Below are positions 1-18,139 of a stretch of DNA of 64,000 bases, piece after piece; within the stretch, counting starts at the first letter, position 1; each line of letters opens with the position of its first letter. The notes under the pieces were generated by a model. That model was not told the DNA's origin and did not search any database. It saw nothing but the letters and a program-made list of their open reading frames with translations. Where the stretch lies: contig CM114271.1 of NCBI GenBank assembly GCA_050084515.1, forward strand, positions 17,546,001 to 17,610,000, read 5' to 3'. Position numbers and translations under genes: made by a program. This DNA comes from Blasia pusilla (lineage: Eukaryota).

Positions 1-1286
1 ATCTCCAACAACTCACACTTCTAAAGAATATTTTGAGAACCCCGCTCTCCTACTTCTTTCCTCCATAGGTCCCGCTTTGTTCTCCGAGACCCGGTTTTTT
101 GTAGTACACCATTAACAACATTAACAACAACATTCTTTAAAAACCAAACTATTATAGGAATTGAAACAAAATATGTGAAGGTCTGAATTTAGTCATAAAA
201 CATGTACTATACCAAAATTGAACTCATGCTAGCTCTCTACATGGAGTCTATAGTTTTCTGAAGTCACTGATATTTTCTTACTTGTATCATGATCCCCTAT
301 TGTTGTGTCTGTGGCACTTGGTAAATGTGTGGGAGTAGCACATGATTGACTCCTGCTGATCTGGTAGTCCATCGGTCTCTGTCACAATTTAAGTATTGTA
401 AATTCGACAATACTCCAGAATTTGACAAGTAATGATATGAAATGATTCCTTAAACTGGAGAGCATAATTATTTATAGAAGCATAAACACGATGAATAGAT
501 GAAACCATTTGAGTCTTTCTCTTACCTCATAACTCTTCTGTCCACTAATTGCCAAGATTCATATCCTTGGGGGGGTTGTTTGGTGTCACGGAGTTCTTTA
601 TCCCCGCCAACATACGGATGGCCAAGCCCACCACCATAGGGGATGGAGGCATTACGTGCATATATTGAGGAGGCCCCAAATCCACCCAAGATAGGTCCAC
701 TACTATTGAACTGGCTCTGAACACTATAAGAGCCTAATCCGTCTAAATCGCGCTTTGCCCAGCCAAATAAAATATATATTTTATTTGCGCTCTGAGATAT
801 CGCCATAGCCATATCTATAAGATATGTGACTAGTATGTTGATCAAGGGTTCCAAACCCATATGGTTGGGGTCTTGAACCCCCATCCCAAGTATAGGACAT
901 ATGGGACATGCCCGCTAGGTTTAACCCGACACCATATGGAGATGTGGTGGTCTTACCTCTCCACTCATCACACCATTCTCCACCTGAAGGGCGTTGATTG
1001 GGGGGAGCTATAACCATGTTGTCGAGGTGTTGGTTGGTTATACCAACCACCCATTGGCCCAGGCCAATGCTTAGGCTCTCCTTGCCATTTAATAGGGCCA
1101 TGGACAGGTTGGGATGCATTGTTTGGGGGAACCCTAGGTGCACTAGGAGGCAATGGGGAGGGAAGAGACTTTGACCCGTGTGTGTTTGGTTGTAGTGGTG
1201 GAGATAATGGCTTGTATGATTATCCTCCACTCTGCCGAGTAGTAGATGAATCTGCACCTACAACCCTTGGTGCAACCTGAGCAAAG

Positions 1287-3000
1287 CTACGAAGGTCCAC
1301 CATCCCCATCATCCAAGAATAACATATACAAACGGTAATATGTAAAAAGTCGGGTCCAGGTACGTGCAGGACACATAATACAAAATGCATGCAAAAGAAA
1401 AGGGATTAATAGACTAATGTGTAGAGATCTACATACATGAAAGGGCTCAATGTGTTCGTCTTCACTCTCACTCTCACTCTCACTTAAGGACATCTGGACC
1501 CCTTCAACTTCATAGTTAGGATCAGACTCCTCATCCCCTTGCATTGGAGAACCTTCCTCTAAGAATCTTTTTTGTTTGGCAATGCTCAAGAGTCATGCAC
1601 TTTGCCTTTGAGGCAATGTAGGATCCCTAACGATGATATCGAATGAGTGTTTTTTCCTTTGTGGCTTTGCTTCCTAAAAAAACACCACTACAACGTGCAA
1701 CACATGCAAGCCAAGTTCAGAGTAAAATTGTAAGGGTTCGGGTCATATAGATAATCATGTCAACTGAAACAACAAAAGGAAAACACCATATTGTTGGAAA
1801 TCAGAACTTTAGAGCCGATGAAAATTACACTAAAAGTAAAGCATCCCACAAAGTGTAGTAAATAAAAAAATCCTTGAATTTTTGGGCAAGCTTTGCCTCA
1901 GCCTCCTTCCTTCTCGTGATATTTTGAGCACGTAACTGGGCATATGAGTTAGTGTTAGAATCAACTCGTGATTCAATTTCCACAATACTATGATCATTGG
2001 AAAGATTAATAGCCTCGTCCATGCATACGGATGAATGCATATGTGTTGTCCCTCAAAGTCACTACATTCAATTCCCTTCTGCAAGATGCTACATTCCCTT
2101 GTTGCACACCGCACTCTCTCTTCGCAAAATTCAGGTCTTATGCCGACAATAACCTCATCTTCGTCCATTATCTCAACCTCTTTAAGAACCCCTTCAGTAT
2201 TCATCATTGTAAACTTTCTGCCCACCAGTATTTGTGTGGAGGTATACTCTTCCATATCCTTGTCAATTTCTTGTAAACTTGTCGCTTGGGTGGTAGAGTC
2301 CAACCCTACCACCTCTTCTTCAAACTTGACAAAGCCTTTGCTTTTTCTTCAGCATTAATATGATCATCAATCTGGTCTAGCGTGTACTTTCTCTCACACT
2401 CCATAGAATTTTCTACACTTGACTTGAAAGAGTCCCAATCAGGATCAGATTAATTGGTATACTTTGCAAAACATAAGACCTGAATTGCACTCTTTGTTTG
2501 AAGAGATATCCTTCTAAGCAACCATACCCAACCTTCATTCCCATCAGGTGTATCACCTTGACCATCCTTCAAACCTTCACTATAAAGGAGGGCTTCCAAA
2601 TCAACCCTTGACTCACCAACTTTCACAACCCCAATTCCATCCAAGGTCCATTCCTTGATTGGATGCTTAATGCATGAAGCATTTGAGTGCTCCCCTTCTT
2701 CATCCAAAGGCTTCCAATTCTTGTACTTTGTAAAATACACAACCCTTACTACACTTTTCATTCCAAGCCGCCATCTTCTAAGGAACCAAACCTAAACTTC
2801 ACTCCCATCTGGTAATTTGCCTTGAGCATCACATAAACCCTCACTCCTGAAGAGGGCTTCCAAATCAACCTTGGAATCTCCCTCTTTGACTACTCTACTA
2901 GCATTCAAGCTCGACTCCCATTCTTGGGTACAAATTGTGCATTTTTCTCTATCGACCCCTCCGGAATCCATCTTATATACCATACCCTTTCCATGTTAAT
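1287..3000 (-). pseudogene. Decayed coding fragments, possibly the second (TnpA-like) gene of the CACTA element
   Basis: Collinear minus-strand ORF pieces downstream of the transposase, including a duplicated peptide (DLEALLYSEGL / DLEALFRSEGL). No diagnostic motif recognised; assignment is positional only. Confidence 0.3.
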
Positions 3001-4149
3001 ATGCCTACACACGCAACTTCAATCTCCTGATTGAAGAGATGTAACCATGTCCAGAAAAATTTCTAAAAATAATTATGTAAAGATAATTCACTCCAAAATT
3101 TCAACTTCACACTTATGGTAATTATCCCATCATCCTAGTCCTACAAGCTCACAATAAGGTTGGAGAAAAACACAAACTTGGGACCACGTAATTACAATGC
3201 AAACTAACTTCTAATCAAGCCTACCAAACTATATCAAAATGAGGAAAGTGTCAACATTGTCTTCTTTTTCGTTTTTAGAGTCATTTGTCTCAAACTCAAC
3301 ACTCTCTAAAGTCAACCTTATTGGAACACTTTCAACATCTCTCCTTGCTATCACTATTTCTGCTTCATTCAACTCTATACAATTTGTTGCTATATTGCTA
3401 CGTGCGTTCAGTTCTAAAGTTGGATAAATGTCTAATCCAAACTAATTTCCACCGTCAACTATAACTACTTCATGTTCATTTTGTTGTTATCACTGAGATT
3501 TAGCCTCTTTCTTGAGTACTACTCTCCATCCACTACCATCTCCCCCATCCCCATAAAACATCTGCTCAACTTGTGTAGGGAAGACAAAGGGTTGGTGATC
3601 TTCTCGTTCATTATCCTTCAGGTTTACAAGAAGAATCCCCTCTTAGTCTCGTTTCATAGATGGACGTCGAGAGGTCCAATCTGCCCTAGCCCAACGGCCA
3701 CGCATGAGAACAATAGGTTCTCTCGTGGTTTGATAATCAAAAGCTATAATATCAACCAGAACGCCCATATAAGAATACAAGCATTGGGTAGGGTTGGTGT
3801 GGTTATTATCATCATCCACAAATATAGCACCTTTGCCACTATCATATGTGGAATAAGGTGTATCTCTTTACTGTTCTACTCGATAATGGTTACCATAAGC
3901 CCTCATGCTCCTGTATGATAGGACTTTACTAGTGGGGGGAATAGAGAGGGAAAGAGCCTCTTGATCAAGAGGCTCTTGGTTCACATCATAGTTATGGATG
4001 ATGGTTGTTTGAACCCAATCCACAAAATTCACATTTGATAAGCTCCCATCTCTCTATTTTTCTTCCTCGAACAACCTGTAGAAGGTGCTTATGAAATATT
4101 GATGTCACAAATTGGTGTACCTTAACTAGCCTTACGACCATCCTACTCC

Positions 4150-7060
4150 CCTGTCAAGTCTGATTTTCTACTCCAACCACATGTTCAACAAATGAAAAAA
4201 TGATAGGAATAGGTTGCTTACCGACTCCACTTCACCATACATTGGGTGTTGTGCAAAATGTAGTGATGTGCCAAGTCGATAACCTTCCGTGATAATCTTA
4301 CTTGAACTCTTGCATCCTCTAATTCTTAACCAACAATTCCACCTTCCTCGCCATCATCCCACACTCGGGTTCTAACACGCTCGAACCTTTTCATGTATTC
4401 TGTGACAAAGCCAAGAGCTTCATCGAGAAGAAATCCCTAAGCCACACAATCTTGTAGACGTGCTCTTGACCTCACATATTTCTTCATAATACCCATATGC
4501 CTTTCAAAGGGTTACATCCATCTACATGAAACAGGCCCACAAATATCCAACTCCTCTATAACATGGATAAGAAGATGGATCATTACATTGAAAAAGGCTA
4601 GAGGGAAATGCATCTCGAGCAAACATAAGGTAATGGTTGTGTCTTCATGTAGTTTTGTATATTGTGTAGGGTCTCAAAATTTTTGTGAAATGTTCCTCAA
4701 CAATCTACTAGGTCTCATAATTGTAGTCCTAACCTCTTTGGTCATGATACCTCGGAGGCAAAAGGGCATAATTTGTTGGATGAAGACATGGTAGTCGTGA
4801 GACTTCATATTACCCAATTTCTTATGCACAATATGTTTTTTTTAAGTTACCACTAAAACCAGTAGGGACTTTCAATTTCTCTACCCTTCCCAAGACCTTG
4901 CTGATTTCTAAGGAGGTAAGACATAATTTGCGAGAGGTTTCAATAGACCTCCACTCTTAGAAGGGTGCGGTCGCAGCCACAAGTGGGGGCGGATTCCTCT
5001 CTTCTCCAAATCTCGACGCACTTTGACTGTGTCCTTAACCCCAAAGATTGTTTTCACTATATTCTCTGTGATAACCCCAAAGATTGTTTTCACTACATTC
5101 TCTGTGATATTCTTCTCCACATGCATGACATCTAAAGTATGTCGAATCAGCAGATGCTATCAGGTCATCACAATCAAGGATAACCCATATGGAACAAAAA
5201 AGCCTCAAAATTACTTTAGCAATCTCTCAATGAGTTTTTTAAGGATACTTCCCAATAAGGCAGATCAAATAAAACTCCTATGCGCTTAACACCAGTTCTC
5301 TTGTAAAGGTCTAGTGGATCATCTTCTCGACCCCCACTTTTGTCGCACATGTAGAAGTTCTGCCCATTGTAGAATTTATGCTACTTGAATTCTAGGTGGA
5401 GGTGGTCTAGATTCCATCTTTCCATTAAAAAGTGGAGCATACTTTTTGCCCCTCCTATAATGACGCCTTTGGAGATTACGCCAATGACCACCAAAAATTG
5501 GTTTCCCACACTCTTTGGAGAAGTTGGAATTGACATTTGGCCCACATATGCTACAAGCAAGCTTGCCACCATGACTTTGTCCAGAGATTAATCCATAAGC
5601 AGGGTAGTCATTGATGGTCCATAAAATGAGGGCTCTAAAAGTAAATTTCCACTTACCATTCAGTTGTCTCATATTGTGAAATTCAACACCCTTCCACAAT
5701 AGTTGAAACTCCTCTATTAGTGAAGCCAAGAATATGTGGATATTCTCCCAATGACTCTTTCTTTGCTCGGAATGATCAATGCTAGTTGGATGATTTTATT
5801 ATTATTTTTTATTTGCAACCATGGGAGCAACTTGTAATTCACTAACAATACTGGCCAAGTTGACCATGAACTTGCCTTTTTTGAGTAAGGATTCAGGCCA
5901 TCTAAGGATAAGCCAAACCAAAAATTCCTCTTCTCGCTATTAAAGGCATGATAGAGTGTATCCACATGCTTCCTTGCCTTTCAGTCCCCCGTGTGTCTAT
6001 CTAGCCCATCTTGGCTTAGGTTCTCATGTGTCCAACACATCAAATCAGATAAGGCCTTGGATCTAAACATTCGCTGAAGTCTTGGAATGATTGGGAAATG
6101 ACGGAGGACTTTACAGGGTATTAATGATCTACCAATTTTTCAATATCTATTTTCTGAGCACTTTGGACACTAATTATGAGTGCTTAAATCTCCACGAAAC
6201 AATAACTATCCATGTGGACAAGCATGGATCATATTGTAATCTAACCCCAGCTTTCCCACTAACGTTTTTGCTAAGTAATGACTTCTTGGCACTATGTTCC
6301 CTGGGAGCAACACGTGCTCTCTAAGAAATTTTAGGATTTCATCTACAACAATGTTAGGTAGATTATGGGCTCCAGCAATATTAAAAATATGCATAACAAA
6401 TGCCAATTTTGACACTTGTGCACTGTCATATAATGGCTTACATCCTTCAACCATCTAATCATAATGTATTCGGGGATTTTGATCTACCCCTTGTGCATTG
6501 TGCTATTGTGAATGGGTAGACATTTCTTTATCATCCAACCCTCCATAATCCCCTTCATGGATTTTATCATATTGGGTAAAAAAGTCATTCAACATTTAAT
6601 CTATAGCAACATGCTCATCTATACCATGTTCGTGTACACGCACTGTCTTAGGACCCCCAACTCCTTCTGATTGAGTTTGACTCCCTTCTACAACAGACCT
6701 AATGATAGTGGCTTGATGAAGCCTACTATCATGCTCATCTTGCAAGCACCATTCTTCATCAGAGGAATCAAATTCCTCTCTGCCTTTCTAGATCCTACAA
6801 AGGGGGAAGCGTTGGTGTTTTCGTAGATGCTCTTCTACCTTATGCAAAGATACACTCTTTTCACCCTTACAAAGATCACAAGGACACCTAACACAACTTT
6901 GCCCATCCCTCCTTGCCCTTGCATGCTCTTGACGCCATAGGTTAAGGTCATGTTTTGCAACTCTCTCAACATTGTTGAGATGTTGTCTAACCCTGTGGTT
7001 TGGATGGTTCATTATGGTTTTTCCTGAATATGGAAAATTAGATGTCCTAAACCATGACAC
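4150..7060 (-). mobile_element. CACTA/En-Spm DNA transposon remnant (Tnp2/TnpD transposase, decayed)
   Basis: Minus-strand ORF fragments carry motifs I recognise from CACTA transposases: RCPCDLC (6788-7060), IHACPHG (6206-6454), FGLSLDGLNPY...WSTWPVLLVNY (5717-5965), LWTINDYPAYGLISG...ACSICG (5376-5729) and MHVEKNI...KDTVKVRRDL (4908-5126). Broken by many stops and frameshifts; boundaries approximate. Confidence 0.85.
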
Positions 7061-7872
7061 GACACCAATTTAGAATTCAGATCTTTCCCATTCATCTCTT
7101 AGCTCACAGATGACTAAAACTCCATAACATAATGAATATTTCCATACCTGCAGATAATGCTTCAATTGTAAGAGCACTCATATGATTAGTCTTCTTCTTA
7201 TTGAAAAAATATATGTCTTCAACGCCCTACTACAACAAGCCATCTGTACACATAGAACAGCATGTCAACATCTCTCAGAAGCAACAAATCGTACAATTCC
7301 TAACTCTCTCCATGCATCATCCTCTTCACCATCCCATTTATCTCTCAGATATATTGTAGTGGTGACTTACTGCAGTGAGCATTCAAACAATAGAATAATG
7401 AACCTTTCAAATCTTAACTGGATTATTGCTTTTGAATATAATTGAATTTTTAGACAATGCATAGATTGATGTATCATGAGTAAGGCTAGAATACTCCTTG
7501 CCACAACTAATGCTCACCCTCAACAATTTCATACTTGGATAGAGTGAGTCAAAAGAGTTAGGATTGCTTTGGCGAGAGCCAAAGAGACAGTAATCATTAA
7601 GTAGCATTTTGAATTTCTTATTTCCCAAGTCTTATTCTCTACTCCAACCACATATTCAACAAATGCACAAATGAGAGGATCTGGTTACTTACCGACGCCA
7701 CTTCACCGGTAAGACTTGCCACAACTGATGCTCACCCTCAACAATTTCATACCTAGAAACAATTTCATACCTAGACACAGTGAGTCATGAGGGTTAGGAT
7801 TGCATTGGAGAGAGCTAGAGAGACTGTTATCTTTCTATATCAACAAATGCAAAACTCAATGTGTTAATCCAA

Positions 7873-11644
<3,772 letters not shown>

Positions 11645-12769
11645 TTAGTGGGTTGGGGGTCGGCGGGCACTCTTTTGGCGTAGGTGTGGCTGCTTGCAAC
11701 ATAGAACCTCTTCATGTGCAGGCTCTTCATTGTTGGTTCCTTGGAGAGCACTAAAGATATTATGTGTGTAGATCATCAGCGGTTTTGTGGAGATGGGCCT
11801 TTCCTTCAAGCTGGAACCACTCTCGACTACCATAGCCCTCCAGTTGTAGGTTCCTGAGACACCTGATTTTTGTGGCAAGCCAAGTATTAGCCTCTTCTGC
11901 CTTGAAGATACATTGATGGCCATTCATCATATGAGTAACTCCAACAGTAGCCAGGAATTCAAAGATCAAAGCTGCGCACATGATCTTAATGAGACAAAGT
12001 CTATTGTGGGACGTACACCGAAAATGATCATGTGGAACCGTGGTCTCCTCCTATAGACCAGATTGAACTCTCTGCCCACATCCGAACTGCATGGGACCTT
12101 TGATCGTCTCACATAAACATACTGGTATTCCCGACCCAGCTTGGGGATGCTGAGCTTTGGTATGCGCCTTTGATAGGTGAACTGATACTCCTCAAAAGCT
12201 TGGGAGGACGGAGATATATTGGGCTCAAGGCCGCTAATTATATGTAGAGGTTTGGCAAACAACTGATTTAGGATCTGGGGAGAATGTTTAAGCTCCCAGC
12301 CCGAGAGTCCATATTGGGACTCGCTGTCCTATTTGTGCAGAGGGGCTGCCTCCAAGTGGCAGGGTGCCCAAAGAGAGCCCGCTTGTTACCCTAGAGATCA
12401 TCACTACTTGCCAAGGTGAACAATCTTGGCATTAAGCTATAGAGGAGGGCCCGTGAATCCAGCTTCAAAAGAAGGAGAGGTCTCCATTTCTCCAACTAAG
12501 TCCATTGGACACCTTACTTGTAGCACAACTGCCACAAGTCACATGGATTACATGACACACTAATCCACACCTACCAACTAGGGGAACGACATCGCAAGCT
12601 CACTACAGGTTCCAACTACATCAATGGAAAAATCGAGAGAGAGTATTGCTATATTGTTTGCACACGGTTCACTCATTATAATCTACACATGAGCAGTGCT
12701 TTAGAACATATCGTCCCAACATACCTGGCCTGACAAGACTTGTAGTTTTGGGGTTTGAACCTTACCAGG

Positions 12770-12879
<110 letters not shown>

Positions 12880-13619
12880 ATGGATGGGGCATCCCCCATT
12901 GTTGCCCCATATTCCAGCAGAGTGGTATGCAACCATGAGAACAGACCCGTACATATTTGATGTGAATAGCTTTGGGCAATGAATCTATTCTACATAATAT
13001 ATTCAACAATTTTGATGTAATGATCTTAGCAATACGAGTACAAGAGCTTTGGGCTATGAATCTATGCCACTGAATATGTTGAATAGTTGTGGTGTAATAA
13101 TATATCTTAGCAATACCACAAGTATTTTTTAGGTAATTGATCAAGGTCCAGCAAATGAGGTTGCTCGAGCACTCATTTCTTAATATTCCAGTTCTATGTC
13201 AGAGGTGCAATTTGGTCTTGGATTTTATCTCCCTACCCATAGCATTGAGAATTTCATGAGAAGAAATAAGCATATTACCAAGGTGTTAAGATGTGGCTAA
13301 GCTGAGTCCTTTAGAATCTAGCCATGGAGATGACTTGTCAGTACCAACAACATACTTACCATATGGTCACAGCACCGTACACCCTATTCTCCCTTCTTTT
13401 GATTCTTTTCTTGTAGAAAACTCTGAACCAATAACTGTTCCTAAAGCAAAAAGAAAAAATACACTTCACGCAAATATTGAAATAGTGAGAAGCCCCCAAT
13501 CAGACATTGTATCACCCCCCAAAGTTGAAATAGTGGGAGATCCTTCAGAAAAAACATGTGCTATTGCTTTAGATCAGCCTTGGACATCTACCCGCTTCTT
13601 TTTGTCATAGGTGATCATC

Positions 13620-14430
13620 GCGAACATCTATACTAGTACAAATTTATGATGCTGCTTGCTTAAACATTCTTATCTCTTCTTGTATCCGATCTGATCCAAT
13701 CACTAGAATAGAAGCCCTTTCTCTTTCATATGCTTAACAATCGAAAATTGCTATGGAAGTTGAAATTGCCTCTCTTCATGAAAATAAAACCTAGATCCTT
13801 GTACTAAATCCTAAAAAGCGGAAATCATCCACTTATATTGCCAACATAGTCTCTTGTAAATGGGCTTTTGAGATCAAATGGTCTTCTTCAGGAAGTGTTC
13901 TCAAGTACAAGGCCATCTGGTAGCTAAAGGCTATTCATAGAAAGAAGGAATTGATTACAAAGAAACATTTTCTCTTCTCATAAACATCATTTCTCTCACC
14001 AAGGTTCTTTCCATGGTTGTTGTTTGCAACGCTGAACTACATCAAATGGACCCTAAAATTGCTTTTCTTCATGGTGGTCTACAAGAAATCATGTACATGC
14101 ATCAACCTCCAGGTTTTGAGGCAATTGATCAAGGTCCAACTTGTATGTCTTCTGAAGAAAGCTCTTTATGGATTAAAGAAATCCTACTGAGCTTGGTATC
14201 AAAAGATGGATGGATACTTGAGCACTGTAGGTTTTCTAAGAAGTACTTATGATCCTTGTTTGTGTCAGAATTTTAGTTCTAGATGTTATAAACTTTTCAA
14301 TCCCACTACAAAACTTGTTCTTCTTAGCAAAGATGTTGTCTTCAATATTGAAGATACTCCTTTCTCCTTTTCTACTGTTTGTCATTCTTCCTATTCTCCC
14401 TTCTTTGATTCAATATCTGACTCATCTTTG
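13620..14430 (+). mobile_element. Ty1/copia fragment A (RT N-terminal part, decayed)
   Basis: Translates to AMEVEIASLHENKT, SCKWAFEIK, LVAKGYS.KEGIDY, ELHQMDPKIAFLHG, which are typical copia RT motifs. Confidence 0.8.
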
Positions 14431-17150
14431 TAGGATATGAGACTGGCTTGAAGGGATATGTTCTCTTCAATCAAAGACTGGACAATGTGTCATAAGTAGA
14501 GATGTGCAATTTGATGAAACCTAGGAAGGAGATCAAAAGAAAATTTCTGAAGCAGAGGATGAATCATCATCACAACCGCAAGTTACTTTTCATGCAGGAA
14601 CTCCGACAACTGACCTAGAAAGAGATGCAGATCAAATCTCAGTACCATCTAGTGGAGAATTTCATTCAGAAAATCTAAAGGTATATGTTAGCAGAAAGGA
14701 GCAAGTTGTCCAAACTGAGGAGAATCATCAGGACTCCAACTTTCAGCACACTGAAGTACTAGGTACCACTAAAGATGCACAAACTGAAGAAGTGGCAAAG
14801 ACATTGCCAAGGAAATCTGGAAGAACAACAACATCTAATGACAGGTTGGGAGTTCATCATGAGAAATAAGCCCACTCCTAAGTGGATGAAGAAGCTTGAG
14901 TTACTATGGATGGAGAGGATGAACCAAAAACACTTGCAAATGCTATGAGTAGACCTGATTGGAGCAAGTGGGAGATTTCCATTGATCAAGAGAAAAAGTC
15001 TCTTGCAAAGAATGGTACATGGGAGTGAATTGTTCTACCCAAAGATAAGAGATCCATTGGTTGCAAATGGGTTTTCAAGATCAAGAGAGGAGTTAACAAT
15101 GAAGTGGTAAAGTACAAAGCTCGTCTTGTAGCAAAGGGTTTCAATTAGCAAGCTGAAGTTGATTATACATAGATCTTTGCTCCTGTTGCACGGTTTGGTT
15201 CCATAAGGTTGCTTTTAGTTCTAGTTGTTGAAGAATATTGGGAGGTGGAGCAATTAGATGTGGAGATTGCTTTTCTGAATGGAGAGGTGAAGGAAACCAT
15301 CTACATGAATGTTCTAGATGGATATGGTGGACATAGGGGCAATGCATGTCTGTTGAAGAAGGCATTATATGGTCTTAAAAAGGCTCCAAGAGCGTTGTAT
15401 GAAAAGTTGGACTCTTACCTTAGGGAACAGGGATTTTATGGAGCTCATGCAGATTGAAGTGTTTATTGGAAAAATGGTACATTGTGTATTGCAATTTATG
15501 TAGATGACCTCCTGTTGTTAGGAAAAAGTAAGAAAGCAATACAGCAAGCAAAGGACAATCTTTGCTCAGTCTTTGCTATGACTATCATAGGTCTAGTAAA
15601 GTTCATTCTTGGAACTAAAGTTGAGAGGAATAGAGCAGAAGGATGGATTAGACTCAATTAGACTCACTACATTTATGCGATGTTGACAAGCTATAGACAT
15701 GCATGGCAAAGCCAGTTTCTACTCCACTGGATCTTGTGTGGAAACTTGCCAAAATAGGTGCAGACAAACAAGAGGAGAATTAGAATGTTGAAAACCTTCA
15801 ACATTTGTATCAAAGTGCTGTGGGTTCTCTAATGTTTGCCATGCTTTGCACAAGGTCAGTTATCTCATATGCAGTAGGAGCACTGGCCAGATACACGTCT
15901 AAACCTACTCTCACACATTGCAGATGTGTAAAGAGCGTCCTACGTTACTTGAAAGGTACCAAGAATGCGTATCTCGAATTAAAAAAAAGGATGTTTTCCT
16001 ACCTTACGTGGCTTCAAAGATGCTAGTTTTTTTTTTGGTGGTGGGGGGGGGGGGATCTCAAGAACAACATGTCTATCTGGTGGATATGTATTTACATTGA
16101 GTGGGGGTGCTATCAGTTGGTGCACCAAGCAAGAAACATCTGTTACCTTGTCCACAACAGAAGTTGAGCGTATGGCGTCTTCAAATGCTACTCAAGAAGT
16201 AGTTTGGCTTAGGAGATTGCTTGAGGAGGTTTGTTATAAGCAGAATGAGGGAACTGTATTATATTGTAATAATACAGGAAGCATAAGTCTTCTCAAGAAT
16301 CCTGTTCATCATCCTAGGACTAAGTATATAAATATTAGAAGAAGATTTAAATAGGAAAAAGAAAATTAGCAAATAGTCCAGGTAGTATATTGTCCTACAG
16401 AGGAGATGACAAGTGATGTATTGACAAAGGCATTGTGAAGAGAAAAGCACAACAAATGTGCTCAGAAGATGGGTCTTATATTAAACTCCAATTAAGCAGG
16501 AGTGTTGTAAAACATAGTAACGTGGAGTTTACTATAGTGAAAAGCAACTGATAGAATTACTATAGTAACTTAGTGTTTTACCACAGTAAATAGTAATTTC
16601 TTGTTACTATAGATTTACCTCAATAATTATGAGAATTATTGTGGGCGGAAAGCCCTAACCCTAAAACCTATATAAAATCTAGAAACTCATTCTCTTGGTT
16701 GTATATAACCCTTTGAGGATGCCCTACGAAATTACATTCTCTTACACCTTTTTCGTACACAACTCTCTGAGCTGAGGAGTTGATTGAGCAGCACTGAGTG
16801 TACTTTGGTTACTTGAGCGGATTGTGCTTCTGACCTCAGTAGTTCAATGTGTTGTTGCTTACAGATTGAGAGGTCTGCTGACATGAGGGGTTCAGTGAGT
16901 GTTGTGATACAAGGTGTCTGGTAGTACTAACCTGAGTGGTTGCTATTGAGATATCTACTTCTGCTAATCTGAGTGGTTGCTATTGCACTAAGTGTGCTTG
17001 AGAATGCTAGGTAGTCTAGTGATACATGTTGTCTAGTGCTTTCCTCTACAATCTGACCTAAGTGGTTGCTAATGCACAAAGTGTGCTTGTAATTGCTAGG
17101 TTGTAGAGAAACTCTGATATTGTAAGAGGATGAAGGAAATCCTCCTAAGG
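14430..17150 (+). mobile_element. Ty1/copia fragment B (post-integrase region, RT, RNase H, PPT, probable 3' LTR)
   Basis: FVGYETGLKGY; GCKWVFKIK; QLDVEIAFLNG...ALYGLKKAPR; IYVDDLL; YQSAVGSLMFAM; GAISWCTKQ...LSTTEVE. Purine tract AAGCAGGAG at about 16494-16502 is followed by TGTTG at 16503. LTR right end uncertain. Confidence 0.85.
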
Positions 17151-18125
17151 TTGGTATCAAAAGATGGATGGATACTTGACCACTGCAGGTTTTCTCAGAA
17201 GTACTTATGATCCTTGTTTGTATCACAAACAATCTTCTACATCTCAATTACTCATAGTTGCTGCATATGTTGATGACCTTGCTATTATAGCAGATAAGCT
17301 CATTCAGCTACAACAACTCAAAACTCATATTCAATCTAAATTTAAAATGATTGACATAGGAGAGCTTCATCATTTTGTAGGATTTCACGTGGTAATAGTT
17401 GGAAGTTTTATGTATGCTTTAGCCATGACTCGCCTTGACATCTCTTTCATTGTGGGCCAGTTATGTCCAAATATTCCATTGAGCATTGGCAAGATGCTAT
17501 GTATGTGCTAAAGTATTTGAAGCGAACTTCCAATATGCGTTACATCTTTGATGGTTCCACCCATGATTTTACTCTTCATGATTTGTTCTTTTCATGGCAA
17601 GAGGTGCAATACATTGATAGGGCTTAATGCATGAAGCAGAGAGTCACTGCACAATCTACTACAAAAGCAGAATATATAGCTCTCAATGAGGCTACCAAAT
17701 AAACAATTTGGATTCGACATTTACTTGTTGAGATTGGTTTTCCACACCTAACACCAACAATTCTTTATGAAGACAATCAATATGCAATTCAACTATCAAA
17801 TAATTTTTGCTCCAATTCCCAAATCTGACATTTAGAAATAAAATTCTTCTTCATACCAGAAAATATTAAACAAAAAAATATTCATCTACAAGAATGTAGA
17901 TCCTCAGTTTAGGCTGCTGATGTTTTAATTAAAACTCTATCTAAAGACCAGCATTATTCTTTACTCCAAATATTATGATGTAGGAAATACAACTGAGTGG
18001 GAGATAGGACACTTTTCAAGTAGACAACTCCATGTTTTTCTAGCTAGATCATCCTAGCTTGGTGGGAGTGTTAGATAAATACATTTTCAATAAAGATATC
18101 AAGCTTAAAACCATTCAGTTCTAAA
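17151..18125 (+). mobile_element. Ty1/copia fragment A continuation (RT C-terminus, RNase H, PPT, truncated LTR)
   Basis: Starts with a near copy of 14192-14260 (WYQKMDGYL...DPCL), then AYVDDL and STTKAEYIAL...EDNQ. GGTGGGAG is followed by TGTTAG at 18069. Confidence 0.75.
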
Positions 18126-18139
18126 AGAGAGAAGAGAGA

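Noticed and set aside
522-1257. Gly/Pro-rich minus-strand ORFs
   Set aside because: No recognisable motif; may be transposon-associated exons but cannot be supported.
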